64,000 bases of DNA. It comes from Bigelowiella natans CCMP2755 (Eukaryota > Protista > Cercozoa). Under the pieces are notes generated by a model, which ran no database searches, was not told where the DNA came from, and worked only from the letters and a program-made list of their open reading frames with translations. Positions 49,946 to 63,900 of the stretch are shown piece after piece. The DNA is taken from the NCBI GenBank assembly GCA_000320545.1, contig ADNK01001279.1, positions 91,456 through 155,455 on the forward strand, given 5' to 3'. Position 1 is the first letter of the stretch; every line of letters begins with the position of its first letter. The translations under genes and the position numbers were made by a program.

Positions 49946-51169
49946 ATGGTGGCAATCATAATGCTGCGCCTACTACTAATAAATTTGATGATGCTTCGAC
50001 TTTTGGTGGAGTCGTCGTCTCATAGCTACTACTACCCCCCTCGCACGAACTACAAGGCAGCAGTGGGGAGCGGACTGAATGCAGCGGCAGATCTTCACCA
50101 ATCCTCTTCTTCCTCTTCTTCTTTTACTCTTCGTAAGCATCGTCGCCGTCATCATAATCATCATCATCATCATCATCAGTTGCAACAACTACAGAGAAAC
50201 CAGTATAGCAGCAGCAGCAGCAGCAGCAGTATGAATCGTAGCAGCAGGCGTGTTCGACGACGACACGAGGTTGTGCGTTTGGTTGGTGGATTAATAGCAG
50301 TGGTATCTGTATTATTGCAGCAGCTTTTTATTCCTCCCAAATCTGCGATATCTGGTATACCAAACCCTAAATTCTATGCCTTCTTCTTCTTCTTCTTCTT
50401 CTCCTTCTTCTTTATTGTTGTTTAAGAAGTTAACTGCGGGAAGAGGGGGGAGGATAAAAATCCACAAGAATATGAAGCACTACCATTTAAGTAGCATGTC
50501 TTGATCCTTAGGCGAAGAAGATTGGGGATGGAGCAGCACTACCAGTAGCAGCAGCTCTTTGCCACAGTTTGCACAACGACGACGCCTCACGAACCGAGAC
50601 AGCAGCAGCTTTTTCACCCGTGCTACTATTCCAGAGCCTAATCAAAACTATGCAGCCACTCAGGATACCTTCGTAAGTGTTGGCAGGGTAATGATTATAA
50701 TTCGTAGACAGCAAGAATTCCATTAAAACCGTCGTAAGTATGTAGTTGTAAATGGACCATTTTATTGTTAATACTATTTTGATAGCCAACTTAAATTCAT
50801 GTGATTCTAAGGTGTATGAAACCATTGAGGCGACTCTTGCACCACAGAAAATCGTAGGTAGTTAATAAGTTAGAAAGTAGGGGTGATTCTTACAGTTATT
50901 ATGTAATGTTGACGGTGCTTCTTACAGTTATTATGTAATGTTGACGGTTGACATCATTATTGCACATAGTACGTTCTTTTTCTTCTAAATCTCGAATCTC
51001 ATCACAGGAGAGACAAGATCCAAACTGCTGTTAGAAAATGTTGGTGATGATGCAAACAACCCCACCACCACCACCACCATCCCAAGCAGCAGCAGCAGCA
51101 GCAGCACTACTACTACTACTTCTTCGACTACCATTGCTACCAACATGAGAGCTCTAGATCTTGGCGCAG

Positions 51170-51203
<34 letters not shown>

Positions 51204-52665
51204 GATATTGATGATGGATGTGCTGCGCCACATCGAGTGATATCCATCATAAACAACGACGACGTCATAATTATCCTGTTTAATGATAATCCTGCTGATG
51301 ACAACTACAAATCTGATATCAGCAATAAGCACCCGTTGTTCGTATCGGCATATATTAGGTGCTGGAATGAGTACGCAAACATTATGGAACCTGGGGTTAG
51401 TAGTTGCACGTTATACCCTTTACAATGATGATAATGATGATGATCATGATGATGATGTGTTAGAGGAGAAGGAGGTGGAGGATGCATCAAGTAAATACAA
51501 TAAATACTCATTTGCATTATCATCACCATCATTATCATGAGAACCATCATCAGTATCACTATGATGACCTCCTCCTCCTCCTACTACTACTGCCATCTGC
51601 CGTATTGATCATAGATATCGAGACATTGTTGCAGTTGATCAATCAAGGGAGGCTTGGGACACGTATGTTGGTAGGAATATTAGTAGTATTTTGTTGTAGT
51701 AGTAGTAGCATTTGTTGTTGTTGTGGTAGTAGCAATGTCACATAGCAGTTGTAGCAGCAAGAACAAGCACATTAGGGATAGTAATTTGCCTTAATCAACC
51801 AAACGCCTTCCTCGTTTGTTTTTATTATAACATTAGCATCTCAGCCCCCAACTGTCAAGTTCTTCCACCTTACTGACGAAGAATTTTTGGAAGCTTTTCA
51901 TCAACAACAGCAGTATCAGAAGCAGCAGCAAGGTGATCGTTGTCAAGACGATTACCCTTCTGATTGTCTCAATTTTGGGTATGAAAGATTCGATGCAGTC
52001 GTCGTTAACTTTGCCATCAATCCAAAGAAGGGAGAGGAATTAAGTAGAAAGTTGTTGAAACCCAACGGAAGGCTCTTAGCCCCGGTACATCACTAGCAAG
52101 TGTTTGATTATACTCCTGTTAGGAAATGAAAGATATAAAATTGTAAGATCATTATACTAGAACAACTGCTAAATGCTCATAGGAGCAGAGATCTATGATG
52201 GAAACATGAATGACTGGTATTGAGATTTGTATAACATGGTCATGATGATGATTACTCAGGTTAACAATATACCCGACTATTGGTTTGAGCAAAACTTCTT
52301 ACTATATGACTGCAAAGGAAGAGTTCTAAGCAAGTAAGTAGTAGCAATCATTGGAAGATAACCATCATGCTTGTGCTGCTCGTCTTATCATCCCCTTGAG
52401 GCAGTTATCAACTCTCTGTTCTTCATGTTGAATGACTAGGAATGTGGATTTTTTGTTCCAGCCTGACGTGACTGACGGTTCTTGCCAGGTAGATAGTGCT
52501 GACATTGCTTGTAACATTTTTCTTCTTTGTCTGTCTTTAGATTGAACCTTGTCAAATGAAGCAGCATGTTTGTTGCTTTGATAAGAAAGTTTGATTACGT
52601 ATCAAACCTTGAATCCTAATCATTAGGGAATCTGGTGTGCAAGGAAATTGATCGATCGATATTAA
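49946..52665 (+). CDS. Class I SAM-dependent methyltransferase with a signal/transit-like N-terminus, multi-exon
   Basis: Motif I is split by an intron (ALDLGAG|AGMSTQTLWNLG). It is followed by DIVAVDQSREAW, ERFDAVVVNFAIN and LLKPNGRLLAP, and the last exon GIWCARKLIDRY*. The N-terminus is hydrophobic, then S/R/H-rich. Confidence 0.78.
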
Positions 52666-53618
52666 CCACTCGATCTAAGTGTGAGGGTGATCATTGATGT
52701 GGTGCATGCGCTGCGTGCAATTTGCAAGTAATCTACAACTCTTTGTGGTATTGTGAACCATGTGTGCGTTTCATATTTGCACGCCGGCCACCTGTGTACC
52801 TGACTGCCATGACCACAGCACATCTCGATCGCATCGTGTTGAACTTGCATGCCACGTTCAATGTGAGACATGGCAAACCACGTTGGCGCGCATTGCATCG
52901 ATCGGCCGATGTATTACATACGTGCAGGCATGCCAAAAATCAATGCTCCGCAAGTCAGTTCATGCGTATTCATTGCTCGCGCGATTTTGCGCTGCATAGC
53001 ATTGGTACTGCGTGCGCATGGCTTTTGTTGTTGGCAATGAGCGCACGTCGGGTCGTATGTGGCTACTACGCTAGTACGTACGCGGCATGCATGCAACAAC
53101 ATGCCGTGTATAGCGCGCGTGCCGCCATGCTAGCATGTACATCTAGACATGCGGTATAATGGCACGCAAATTGCATAACACGTTATAACGTATGCGACGC
53201 ATATCGTGCTTGTTATGCCGGCATCGATTGTTGAATGCAATAATGCGTGGTGATCGTGCCGAACTCCCACAAAATGAACATTGCAATGGCACCGCTAGCG
53301 CTAGCTTGTCATCATAAGTAGCTGACATTTTGCAGCTGCTGGACCATTGTTGACAATAATGCGTGCAATTTTTCAACTCATGCATCGCAACGCATGCATT
53401 AGAGACTTTTGTGTATCTTTATCATCCGGGATGAATAAGTCTTGTTTCCATGTTTGCATTGCTTCATACGTGATGGACATACAGGCATTTACAACATCAT
53501 GTTGCATCTACATGACACATTAACCACGTACGTACAAGAGTGCTTACTTGCAGTGATTTTGTGATCGTGAGGGCCAGGGAAGTGCAGATATTTTGTATTA
53601 TCTAATTTTATTTACAAT

Positions 53619-54813
53619 TTATAGCTTTGCCCTTGGAGCTCCATTTTCCTCTTTACTATCATCTTTTTCTTTGGTGCCACGGTCTTTTCCAGAAGTTGTG
53701 ACTTTATCTTTTTCATTTACCAAAAATCCCGGTAGATCACTAATTTCTCTCAAAAGTAATTTGCGGGCTTTTAAGAGCTCCTTCGCTGCGTTAGCAAATA
53801 TGCTTGCCAACTCTTTTTCAGAGGTACCGAATTTGAGTTTTTCAGCTATGTATTGCATCTGCCCCTTCACACGCCAGGCTTTATGACGGGCATACTCGAG
53901 ATTAGCTACATCGTCTGGATCATCAAACTGATCTCGAAACGCAACGAGGCGAGTCCTATCGTCCGCAAAAACATTTCTATTCGAAAAGGACTGAACGAAG
54001 GAGATACGGGGTCCTCTCGCCTTCAGAACTGGGGTAACTGAGTGCAGGATCTTCGAGCCCTGCATGAAGACGCAGTAACCTGCCCCCTTATAGTTAACAG
54101 TTTCAACTTTGGATTTTGGGACTCCCTTCACCATGAGATCATCGAAGAATTTCCCCGTGGCGTCAGCCATCTGCAATACCTGTAGTTCTCCCCCATCCAT
54201 GTCTGTCATGTCACTTAAGATAAGAACGCACACATAGTCTGTGCTGTCAACATGCCATTGGTCCACAGCTCTACCAGCTCCTGGCTCTCCAAAATTTGTA
54301 TGGCCATGGTTCATAATTCCATTGTGGGGAGATAGGGGTTGAAGTGAGAGATCTGCAAAAATTTTGTTGACCTCAGGGTTAAACGTGAAGTCACGCACCC
54401 ATTTCGAGAGGTAGCCAAGTCCACGAAGACACTTGTTGCGCTCATTTTGTTTAAGATGAGCATCTTTGTACCTCATAACGATCGATTCTGGACGGGAAAA
54501 GAGTGTGAGAAAAGTTATGATACTTGAGTAAAGGCAGCAGATCATACAAAATCGAATACTTACTTAGTATTCGAGTGCCTTCATCTGAAAGCAAACGAAA
54601 GGGGCGCGTATAAGCTATCCCAGGGAAGTTCCTTTGAATCTCCGGCGAGTAGGGAAATGGAACATCTTTGAACTCCAAAGTTTTTACGTGTGACGGTGGT
54701 TCATACTGTAAATGACGCCTTAAGTCAAAAGGCACATCTTCCAAGTCCATCTTGAACTCTACTGGGTTCATGTTTGGTGGTGACAGCGCATCTGCAACAA
54801 ATTTTCTCGACAT
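53619..54813 (-). CDS. Fe(II)/2-oxoglutarate-dependent dioxygenase-family protein, 2 exons
   Basis: Exon 1 is MSRKFVADAL...IAYTRPFRLLSDEGTRIL. Exon 2 has HxD (VDQWHVDSTDYVCVLILSD), GGELQV, the distal His (ILHSVTPV) and the 2OG-binding R-x-S (PRISFVQSF). Confidence 0.85.
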
Positions 54814-55455
54814 CGTCGTCTTAGCTCCAGTCCGTCGGCTTGTTTGTAGCAACAAAGGAATTATATTGATGTTAATACGAAATACAAGCAAGGTCTATGC
54901 AGTGGTTGTAACGCCGTGGTAACTGCCGACGCATGATATTTCATCATCATCACATGATGTAATTAATCTTAACCTTCGTCGTCATGGAGCTACGACAGCA
55001 ACGATTAGTCTATGTTTTGTCAGTACGACATCATGAAAATGCAGATAGAATGCAACAATGCAAACTAAATAATCAAATAGGATTTCCATCATTTATTTAT
55101 TTATGTTTATTTATTTATTTATTTATTACTCCGAGAAAAATAAAACAACTTTCATCTTTACAGTACTGACAGTACTCACACATCAAAAATGGAGACATGG
55201 CAAAAACAACATGCGACATCAAAAAGCTCCACGATTCGATGGTTTAATTCCCATTTAATTATTCGGCAAATAGTAGCACATTTGCTGTATCTAAATGTGT
55301 TACATCCGATAGATCTACACACATCGCTGTAGACCTACACAGATATCCACGAGGGAGGAGGAGGACCACCACCACCACCACCACCACCACCACCACCACC
55401 ACCACAGAACACCATCAGCATAGCAGTGGAAAAGATAATCGAAACCAGCATCATT

Positions 55456-56844
55456 ATGGCCACAGAAAAGTCGAGAAAGCGTCGTGTTTGCATCATCGGA
55501 GCCGGTCCTAGTGGACTAGCTGTTCTCCGTGCATTTCGTTCAGAGGAAAGCAAGCTCAAGGAAGGAGAGGCTATGCCTGAGCTTGTCTGCTATGAGAAGC
55601 AATCTGACTGGGGTGGGCTTTGGAACTACAGTTGGAGGACTGGGTTGGATGAGAATGGAGAGAAGGTTCATGGAAGCATGTACCGCTACCTGTGGTCTAA
55701 TGGGCCGAAGGAATGTCTAGAATTTGCTGATTACAGCTTCGAAAAGCACTTCGGCAAAGCAATCCCTTCTTATCCCCCCCGCCCCGTCCTCTTCGACTAT
55801 ATTAAGGGTCGTGTGGAGAAGTGTGATGTCCGCAAGTTTGTTCGATTCAACACGGCGGTACATAGATGTGACTATGATGAGAAATCAGGGAAATTTACGG
55901 TCGTAGCTCAGGATTATGGAAAGAAAGAAACTATCAAGGAAGAATTTGATAACGTTGTGGTGTGTGTTGGACATTTCTCAACGCCAAATGTGCCTTATTT
56001 CCCTGGGTTCGAGAGCTTTAAGGGCCGTGTGCTCCATGCCCACGATTTCAGGGATGCTGTTGAATTCAAAGGTAAAAGGGTCTTGATTGTAGGTGCGAGT
56101 TATTCTGCTGAAGATATTGGAAGCCAATGCTATAAATATGGGGCAAAGGAAATTATCTGCAGCTACAGAACCGCTCCCATGCCATACAAATGGCCAAAGG
56201 AATTCAAGACAGTGCCTTTATTGACCAAGGTTACTGGACATACTGCTCACTTCAAGGACGGCAGCTCACATGAGATTGATGCTGTTATCTTGTGTACTGG
56301 GTACCTTCACAGCTTTCCCTTCCTGTCAGACAAGAATCTTCGCCTTGAGACTGCAAACCGTCTCTGGCCTCTTGGGTTGTACCGTGGCATCGTTTGGGAA
56401 AAGAATCCCAAATTGTTTTACATTGGAATGCAAGATCAGTGGTACACTTTTAATATGTTCGATGCACAGGCATGGCTTGCAAGAGATTTCATCCTGGGTC
56501 GCCAGAAGATCCCTTCCTTGGATGACATGCAGAAGAACAGCGCTGAATGGAGAAATAAGGAAGAGAAAGCAGATACAGCTAAAAAACAAATCCTGTATCA
56601 AGGTGCATACGTGAAGGATCTTATGAAGGACACCAACTACCCTAAGTTTGACGTAGACAAGGTGAATGAGGTATTCCTTCACTGGAAGCATGACAAAATG
56701 GATAGCATCATGGGATACCGTGATGTCTCTTACCCTTCGGTCCTAACAGGAACACCTTCTCCCAAACACCATACCAAGTGGATTGATGCACTCGATGATT
56801 CACTTGAGTGCTACCTTGGAGCTCCAGAGAAGGAAAATCTCTAA
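55456..56844 (+). CDS. Flavin-containing monooxygenase, bacterial trimethylamine monooxygenase (Tmm/mFMO)-like, intronless
   Basis: FAD motif GAGPSG; [47 protein letters not shown]; FMO signature [12 protein letters not shown]; NADPH motif [13 protein letters not shown]; [17 protein letters not shown]. These are the stretches typical of bacterial Tmm. Confidence 0.95.
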   Translation: MATEKSRKRRVCIIGAGPSGLAVLRAFRSEESKLKEGEAMPELVCYEKQSDWGGLWNYSWRTGLDENGEKVHGSMYRYLWSNGPKECLEFADYSFEKHFGKAIPSYPPRPVLFDYIKGRVEKCDVRKFVRFNTAVHRCDYDEKSGKFTVVAQDYGKKETIKEEFDNVVVCVGHFSTPNVPYFPGFESFKGRVLHAHDFRDAVEFKGKRVLIVGASYSAEDIGSQCYKYGAKEIICSYRTAPMPYKWPKEFKTVPLLTKVTGHTAHFKDGSSHEIDAVILCTGYLHSFPFLSDKNLRLETANRLWPLGLYRGIVWEKNPKLFYIGMQDQWYTFNMFDAQAWLARDFILGRQKIPSLDDMQKNSAEWRNKEEKADTAKKQILYQGAYVKDLMKDTNYPKFDVDKVNEVFLHWKHDKMDSIMGYRDVSYPSVLTGTPSPKHHTKWIDALDDSLECYLGAPEKENL

Positions 56845-57775
56845 ATTTGATAACAAGATCTGACCCCCTGCCACTGTGCGAAGAAGGCATTCGTCAGCTA
56901 ACAGAGAACGCCAGTAATCATGCATGCAATCGCTATTAAATCTTGTTATTCGTGACTAAGAAATTTCGCTGGCAATAAGATACATTCGATTTCAAAACTC
57001 TCGCAGATAGCAGAAATTTGAACGCTATGATTTGCCCATAATAGCATAGCAGCTGAATGTTGCGTCGTATATAGAAAACACGACAGCGTTCACATTACGC
57101 ATCCCGAATAATAGACACAGCAATACACAATATATATTATATTATATATATAGTGTATTGCATGTCTATCATCCGACGACATGCAAGACGCATTCATCAT
57201 TATCGCGAATGCATCATACACATTATGCTAGCCTGCAGCAGCATCTGGCCCAAGTGTCTAGGTGCATGCGCTGCGTGTGTGACTAGCCTGTGATTAACTA
57301 GATGAGCTAGTACATGCTATATCTCGCTATGCATGCTAGCATGCTGTACGTAGCATGTATATCGCATTCTACGGTACATCAGACATGATAATCATGCCTG
57401 GCTGCGCCACGCCGCACACTAGCACACTGGTGCGCATGAGATACTAAATTGTGCAGGCCAATTTTTGCATGTCGTACGCTCGCGCCGGCTCGCATGAACA
57501 TGGCTAGATAGTCCTAATGCCCAATAATAACGCAGGCACATATTCTGCTCTTCATGTGATGTCAAGTAACAGAATCGGATGTTAGTAGTGTGACATGCTG
57601 CACGCAATCAAGGCGATGGCTGTGATGACCCATGCATCCCAAGCGAAGTACAGCTACCGTGAGTGACACATACAGCAATAGGCCACGATGCGTCATACAT
57701 GCAAACATATAGAGTTTTTTCATGCTGAGAATGGCATTTTCTCATGCAATTCTTCATAAACTCATTATGTAATTC

Positions 57776-57986
57776 TTAGACAGCAGCCGCTTGTTCATAC
57801 TCCCAACTTGAATTATTTGGCAATCCGACCTTGCTCGCAGAATGAGCACCTCTTGTGACTTGATTTTTAATGGAATCTTCATCAGGCGTAGCTAGGTCTA
57901 TAACACGGACACGATGACTCCCAGGTTCAGCTACATAAACCTGCATGATTGCCCAATAATTTGAACAAAGTACTACTAAGAAGCTG

Positions 57987-58023
<37 letters not shown>

Positions 58024-59813
58024 TTATAAATATTTCTTCATGTGTGAGGATGAAGAAGACAAAAATCAGAGTTATTACATACATAGTATGTGTGTATATC
58101 ACGTAATATATATATATATATATATATATAATACTGCATATAAAGTTATATCTAATTGAGAATGAATCACCCCAATACTACTACTACTACTGCTACCATG
58201 GCTACTACTACAGTGCTTGATACTACCCTTCCAGATTTGAAGTCACGTGCAATGCCAGAAGGTCTGATGAAGCGTGCAAGCTCTGTGCTGCCGTCTGTGA
58301 ACTGATGATGATGATGATGGTGATGATGATGTGCTGCCGTCTGTGAACTGATGATGATGATGATGATGATGACGGTGATGATGGTGGCGATATTAATCAT
58401 ATGGAAGTAAACGCTATGGAAAAGTTGTGGTTATACAAGTTATATAAAACGTTTTTAAGTTACAGGGTGTCTGATGAATGGTACTATCGTCGCCCTCCTA
58501 GTAGCCCTGTTGTTGGTGACAATCTCACCCAACTGGCCATTCTTATTATTATTATTATCAGCAGCAGCTTCCGCAACTTTTACTGAAGTAGCAATAGTAG
58601 GAGGAGCACCAGCAAACGTGCTGACTAGTACAAAGCCATGAATGTGCCTGATTATTATCAGAAGAACTCTCACTCACTCAACCACTTGCTCATCTATCGA
58701 CGTCGTAGCAGATAATCATTATTATTATTATCAAGTCGCTCACTACCATATACATATATATTGAGGATAAGGCATATTATCACAGCTTGTACAACACCAG
58801 CAAGCACCTAATGGCGTCGTTATCTGAATCAGCAAAGTAGATGTTCTTCTCCATATCCATAGCAATTCCAACTGGGGTGTTGATTCTTGCATCCTTTATC
58901 AACGAAGAGTCGTAGTACCTTAAAACAACAAAGAGCGATTATTATACATTATCTATAGGCACTCATACAACATCAACAACAACAAACAATCAACCCCCTT
59001 TTTTTTCACAACATCATCTACTGGAATAATACCATCTTTGTGAATTCCTTTCTAAAGGCAAACACGTAGTAATAATAACAACAACGACACTGTCATGCTC
59101 AGCATCATCATCATCAGAAGGAGTTAGATGTTCTAATACATTGATAATATCAATAATGAATATCACCCACCCTGGGTTATGCTCTTTAGTGACAGTTTCA
59201 GTCTGAGAAGAAAGAAGGTGATCATCATGATGAAGGAGAAACTACTGTTGATGTTCATTTTTAATAACAGTGAAGAAGGTATCCTTTTCATCATCCTCAT
59301 CCTCATCAACACCACCACCACCACCACCACCACCACCACCACCATGTCCTCTTGTTCCTTCCTGCCTCTTGTGCAGTTGTGAGTATATATTACGTAGCAC
59401 CCACCTCGTATAAGAATTCTGAGTTTGGAAATCTGTCATATGGATCTTGCCTATTCCTCCACATAGAGTTGTCCCTGGGAAGGAGCAGTACCAATTACAA
59501 TATGATCATCCACTAGAATCAACGATATTTTCCATCTCTATACGCCATTTATCAGCTTCAACATTATCGTTAAACATCATCATCGTCATTATCATCATCA
59601 TCATATGTTATTGTTTGTTTGTTTGTTTGTTTCTCTGCTATATCATCATCTTCGTAGTAGTACTTTGGAACTGCTTTTATCCTACGGATACTGTTTGCAG
59701 CAGGGTCTGTCACGAACACATCCTAGTAGTAGTAGTAGAAATAGTAGTAGTATAACGATTGGATTGTACGTAGAGGGAGGAGGAGGAGATGAACCCAATC
59801 ATTATCGTCATCA

Positions 59814-59846
<33 letters not shown>

Positions 59847-60069
59847 GTACTACTACATTTAAGTACTAACGTGTTTTGGTTATTTTTCGTTACCCCTGTG
59901 TGCGTAGCTGCTATACCAAATAATGTCAGAAATTCAGCTTCGATCTGATGGGTGCGGCAGCAGCAGCAGAAATAACAACAACAAGAAGAGGAGGAGGAGG
60001 GGGGGGGGAGGAGGAGTAACGGTAGGAAGAAGAAGAAGAAGAAGAAGAAGTAAAGCAGGCTTGCACTTC

Positions 60070-60105
<36 letters not shown>

Positions 60106-60901
60106 GCACATACAACATAGACTCGAATTGAAGGATATTATCCAAGAAAGGATGATAACATCGGCAAGGCAGATGGTAATGTGTAGTGATAGTTGTAGTA
60201 GTAGTAGTATTGGGACAATAATAAGAGGGATAGACTACTACTACAACAACAACAACTACTACTACTACTACTACTACCCCCACTCCATCAGCCATTCCTT
60301 TCTTGCCACCACCTGCTATCGTCGTGACCTGATAATCAATCAATCAGAGTTCTTACAAGAACAAGACGGTATTAATAATAGACAAAGATGATGATGATGT
60401 TGATGATGATGATGATGATGATGGATATCAATTGTATTTATTAGCAAACTAACAACGATTTATCACCCTATAGCAATAAAGGCTGCAGATGACAGATATG
60501 AGATATACTCTACTAATACTACTACTTCCACTACTACTACTACTACTACTACTACTATGAGCACCTCTCCGTCAAGTATCATTCTAACAGCATTATTGCC
60601 TCCGTCACACACGTATATCTAGTGAATGGTGAAACACATAATAATAATGATAATGGGAGAGAGAGGTCAGTGAGTAAAGTTGTTGTTGTTGTAAGTTCTA
60701 ATCATAGACCAAATAATAAATCTTGAGAGGAGGCAGGACGAAGAGGAGGAGGAGGAGAAGGGAGGAAGGAGGGTGATGGTGAGGAGAGAAACACATATGA
60801 TGACAAATGTGTTATTACTCTTCTCCTCGTTCCTTCCTCTCTACCTCCTATGTTGTTGTATGGATGTTACTAATTCATCGTATTCTTTTTGTTTGTCCTG
60901 A

Positions 60902-60948
<47 letters not shown>

Positions 60949-61629
60949 GACAGTAGTAGTAGTACCTCCCCATCAGGTCCTGCATCAATACCAGTAGGAT
61001 AGGAGAAACGAGCACTTAAAACGGAACCATCCTACTCATCACCAACCAATGATAAATAACAACAAGAAGAAATCATGTTGATGCTGCTGCCACCACCATC
61101 CAGATATTGTTATGATGTGTACTTTGTGATGATGATGATAATAATCATCATAATGATTGGGACTGCTGTCAAATTGTTGTGCAGCTTGCTACTACTACCA
61201 CCTCTTCTACTACAATAACAACAACTACTACTACTAGTAGTAGTAGTAGTAGTAGTAGTACCACATAGCCTTGTCCACCTCCTACTATCATCTGTACTTC
61301 ACCAGTATCAACGTTGCATCTATAATCAAAATTGATGAAAGATCATTCACGAATGGAAGCGATTATTCATGATGATGATGATGATGATAGTGCGACGAAG
61401 ATGACGATATAAGTATTTTGGATACAAAACAACAATAACGATTACTAGCATTATTATATGTGGAGGATCTCATTTAGAAAGGCTACAATAAACATTATTT
61501 TATAATTAAATATAGAACCAAAAGACAAGAGACGTATGAGATAGTTGTTGGCATAGAGGAATGATGATGAGAATAATAATAACAACAACAACCTATAATC
61601 GAGCTTGTTACCCCTCTTCATATTTGATT

Positions 61630-61666
<37 letters not shown>

Positions 61667-62283
61667 GAATGCCGCATTGTCCGTTCAACAACCTAATGAT
61701 TCGATGCGCACAGGTATCTGAGATTAGCATTTCCCGTACTCTCTCTCCTCCTCCTCCTCCTCCTCCTCCCCCTCCTCGTCTTTCTCCTCCTTCTTCTTCT
61801 TGTTGTTCTTCCTCTTCTTGTCGTTGATAATGATGATCGACAAGCGCAATTCCACGAGGGGCTGTAAGTCTGCCCTATAGCATAGAATACACATGTCACC
61901 ATATACCATTCATCTATCACCACGTCGTAGCTATTATTGTGGTAGTAGTAGTAGTAATAGTAGTAGAAGTAGTAGTAGCAGTATCCTCTCAGTTTAATAA
62001 TACATCATATATAAACCATATCGTCATCTTCGTCGTGTTCTCACTACACCATCACCACCATTAATACTACTACTACTACTACCTCTAAAAGGACTTTTGT
62101 TTTTATAGCGTCGTTGTTTGTGTAGTGCGCATTTTGTACGGAAACGACTCTGATTTAGTTTCCATCAACAACGAGGGAAAGCAGGGGGTTGATATAGGAA
62201 ATAGGTCAGAACAAGAAAAAGAACAACTACTATCAGATAAATTAATGTGTAGTTGTACTACTTGAGTAGTACCATAGTAGCAG

Positions 62284-62317
<34 letters not shown>

Positions 62318-62465
62318 CACACTCCTCACCAAACCACATGGCAAGCATGACCTCATGATGGCATGCCTACTACTACCTGTTGTTCCCGGTATCGAGGATA
62401 TATAGGGTATTAGATACGCTATCAATGGCCACGTTGAATGGGTATCTTAGATTCAAATCTTTGCC

Positions 62466-62499
<34 letters not shown>

Positions 62500-63900
62500 G
62501 GTAGTGGTGGTGGTAGTGGATATAATAGCCAAGATAGATGATATAAGCACCGAATTATAACCTCATGGAACGATTACAAATAGAGAAAGTGCAAGTCGAT
62601 AAGAGTGAAAAAATGAAGCAACAAAGCTCGCAACATCCTCATCAAGATCATCATCATTCTTTAGGCTACAAAATTAAAAGAAGGAAATTACATATCTTAC
62701 TACTACTTCAACGACCGGTGTGTACTGTAAATACTTCTCGATGTGGTACTCTAAAATAATAATGAAAATGATAAATATTAATGATAAGAATCATAATAAG
62801 ACATAAGATGAATGAGAATATCAAGCACATGGCATATAATGATGATTTAAGGAGGAGGGGGAGGAGGAGGAGGAGAAGGAGGAGAGACATAAAATGACAG
62901 CAGGATATCGGTTAGTGAGTGGATGGGAGGAAGGTGGAACAAAGAGATGTTTTGATTGATTTTACTACTTTATCGGTCTTCGGCGAGTAGCATCATGGTA
63001 GGGTGGTGATGCCAATTTTAAGTTATCGTTATCACTGTGTAAGTCCTCCTCTTCTTTGCTTTCCTTTCTTGCAAGAAGTGATTGGTTGAATACTAGATTT
63101 CGATTATGATGTTGCTGATGATGATAATGAGAGTTCCTGACCATTTTGATATCACTAGCAGCAAGGGTATGATGGAAATGAATATCAATATGATGGTGAT
63201 GATCATGATTATGGTTATAACCAGGCTGCTAACACTGCTTGATTTGTTTAAGGTTCTTGCGACTCAGTAGCCACTAGAGTTCTCATAATAGTGATAAACA
63301 AATATAGCCCTCCCTACTACAAATATTTTCTCTATTACTAGTCTTCTTGGTAGTAGTTACTATGTACTATCCTCTTCTTCTCCTGCTCCTTCCTTCCCCT
63401 AGCCTCCTCCCCCCCCTCTCCCGGTTTGTTTGATATTGTTGATGGTTTGATAGTGCAGTGTGATGAAACAACAGTGATGTTGATGTCGTGAGTCTAATCA
63501 TCTATCATAGAAGGAAGATGACTAATACTTACTACCTTACTGCTTTCGTAGCAGCACCATCTTGATGTGGTGGCAGAGGAGGAGGAAGAAGATAGAACGG
63601 TTCTTCGTAACAACCTAACACCAGAACATCATTCACCTTGCAATGATGATGGGTGTGACACTAAAGCATGTTGTTGTTGTTGTTGTTGCTTTTGCCCATC
63701 GACTAAGTTCTAATGCAATTGGTGCTTTGAAAGAAATGTTTCTAAGAGAAGAGAGATAGAAAGAGAGAGGAGAGTGGAAGAGTGAGCATTATACCTCCTC
63801 CTGCCGATGATGAGGATGATGAGTCATCATCGTCTTCATCTTCCATTCATTGACCACGTTCTTTCTTTGCACATGGCAAAACACACACAAAACACATATT
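57776..63900 (-). CDS. NHL-repeat (beta-propeller) protein, multi-exon; 5' end uncertain or outside the window
   Basis: Exons: LRYPFNVAIDSVSNTLYILDTGNNR; DGSVLSARFSYPTGIDAGPDGE; IYVCDGGNNAVRMI; VTTIAGGGKKGMADG; ARINTPVGIAMDMEKNIYFADSDNDAIR; DGSTELARFIRPSGIA; VYVAEPGSHRVRVIDL. Confidence 0.85.

Noticed and set aside
50887-50948. 31-bp tandem duplication TTCTTACAGTTATTATGTAATGTTGACGGT
   Set aside because: A local intronic duplication with no evident function.
153-62890. Numerous short ORFs made of poly-H/T/Y/V/M/S or (YI)n, (CV)n, (ER)n
   Set aside because: These are translations of intronic microsatellites.
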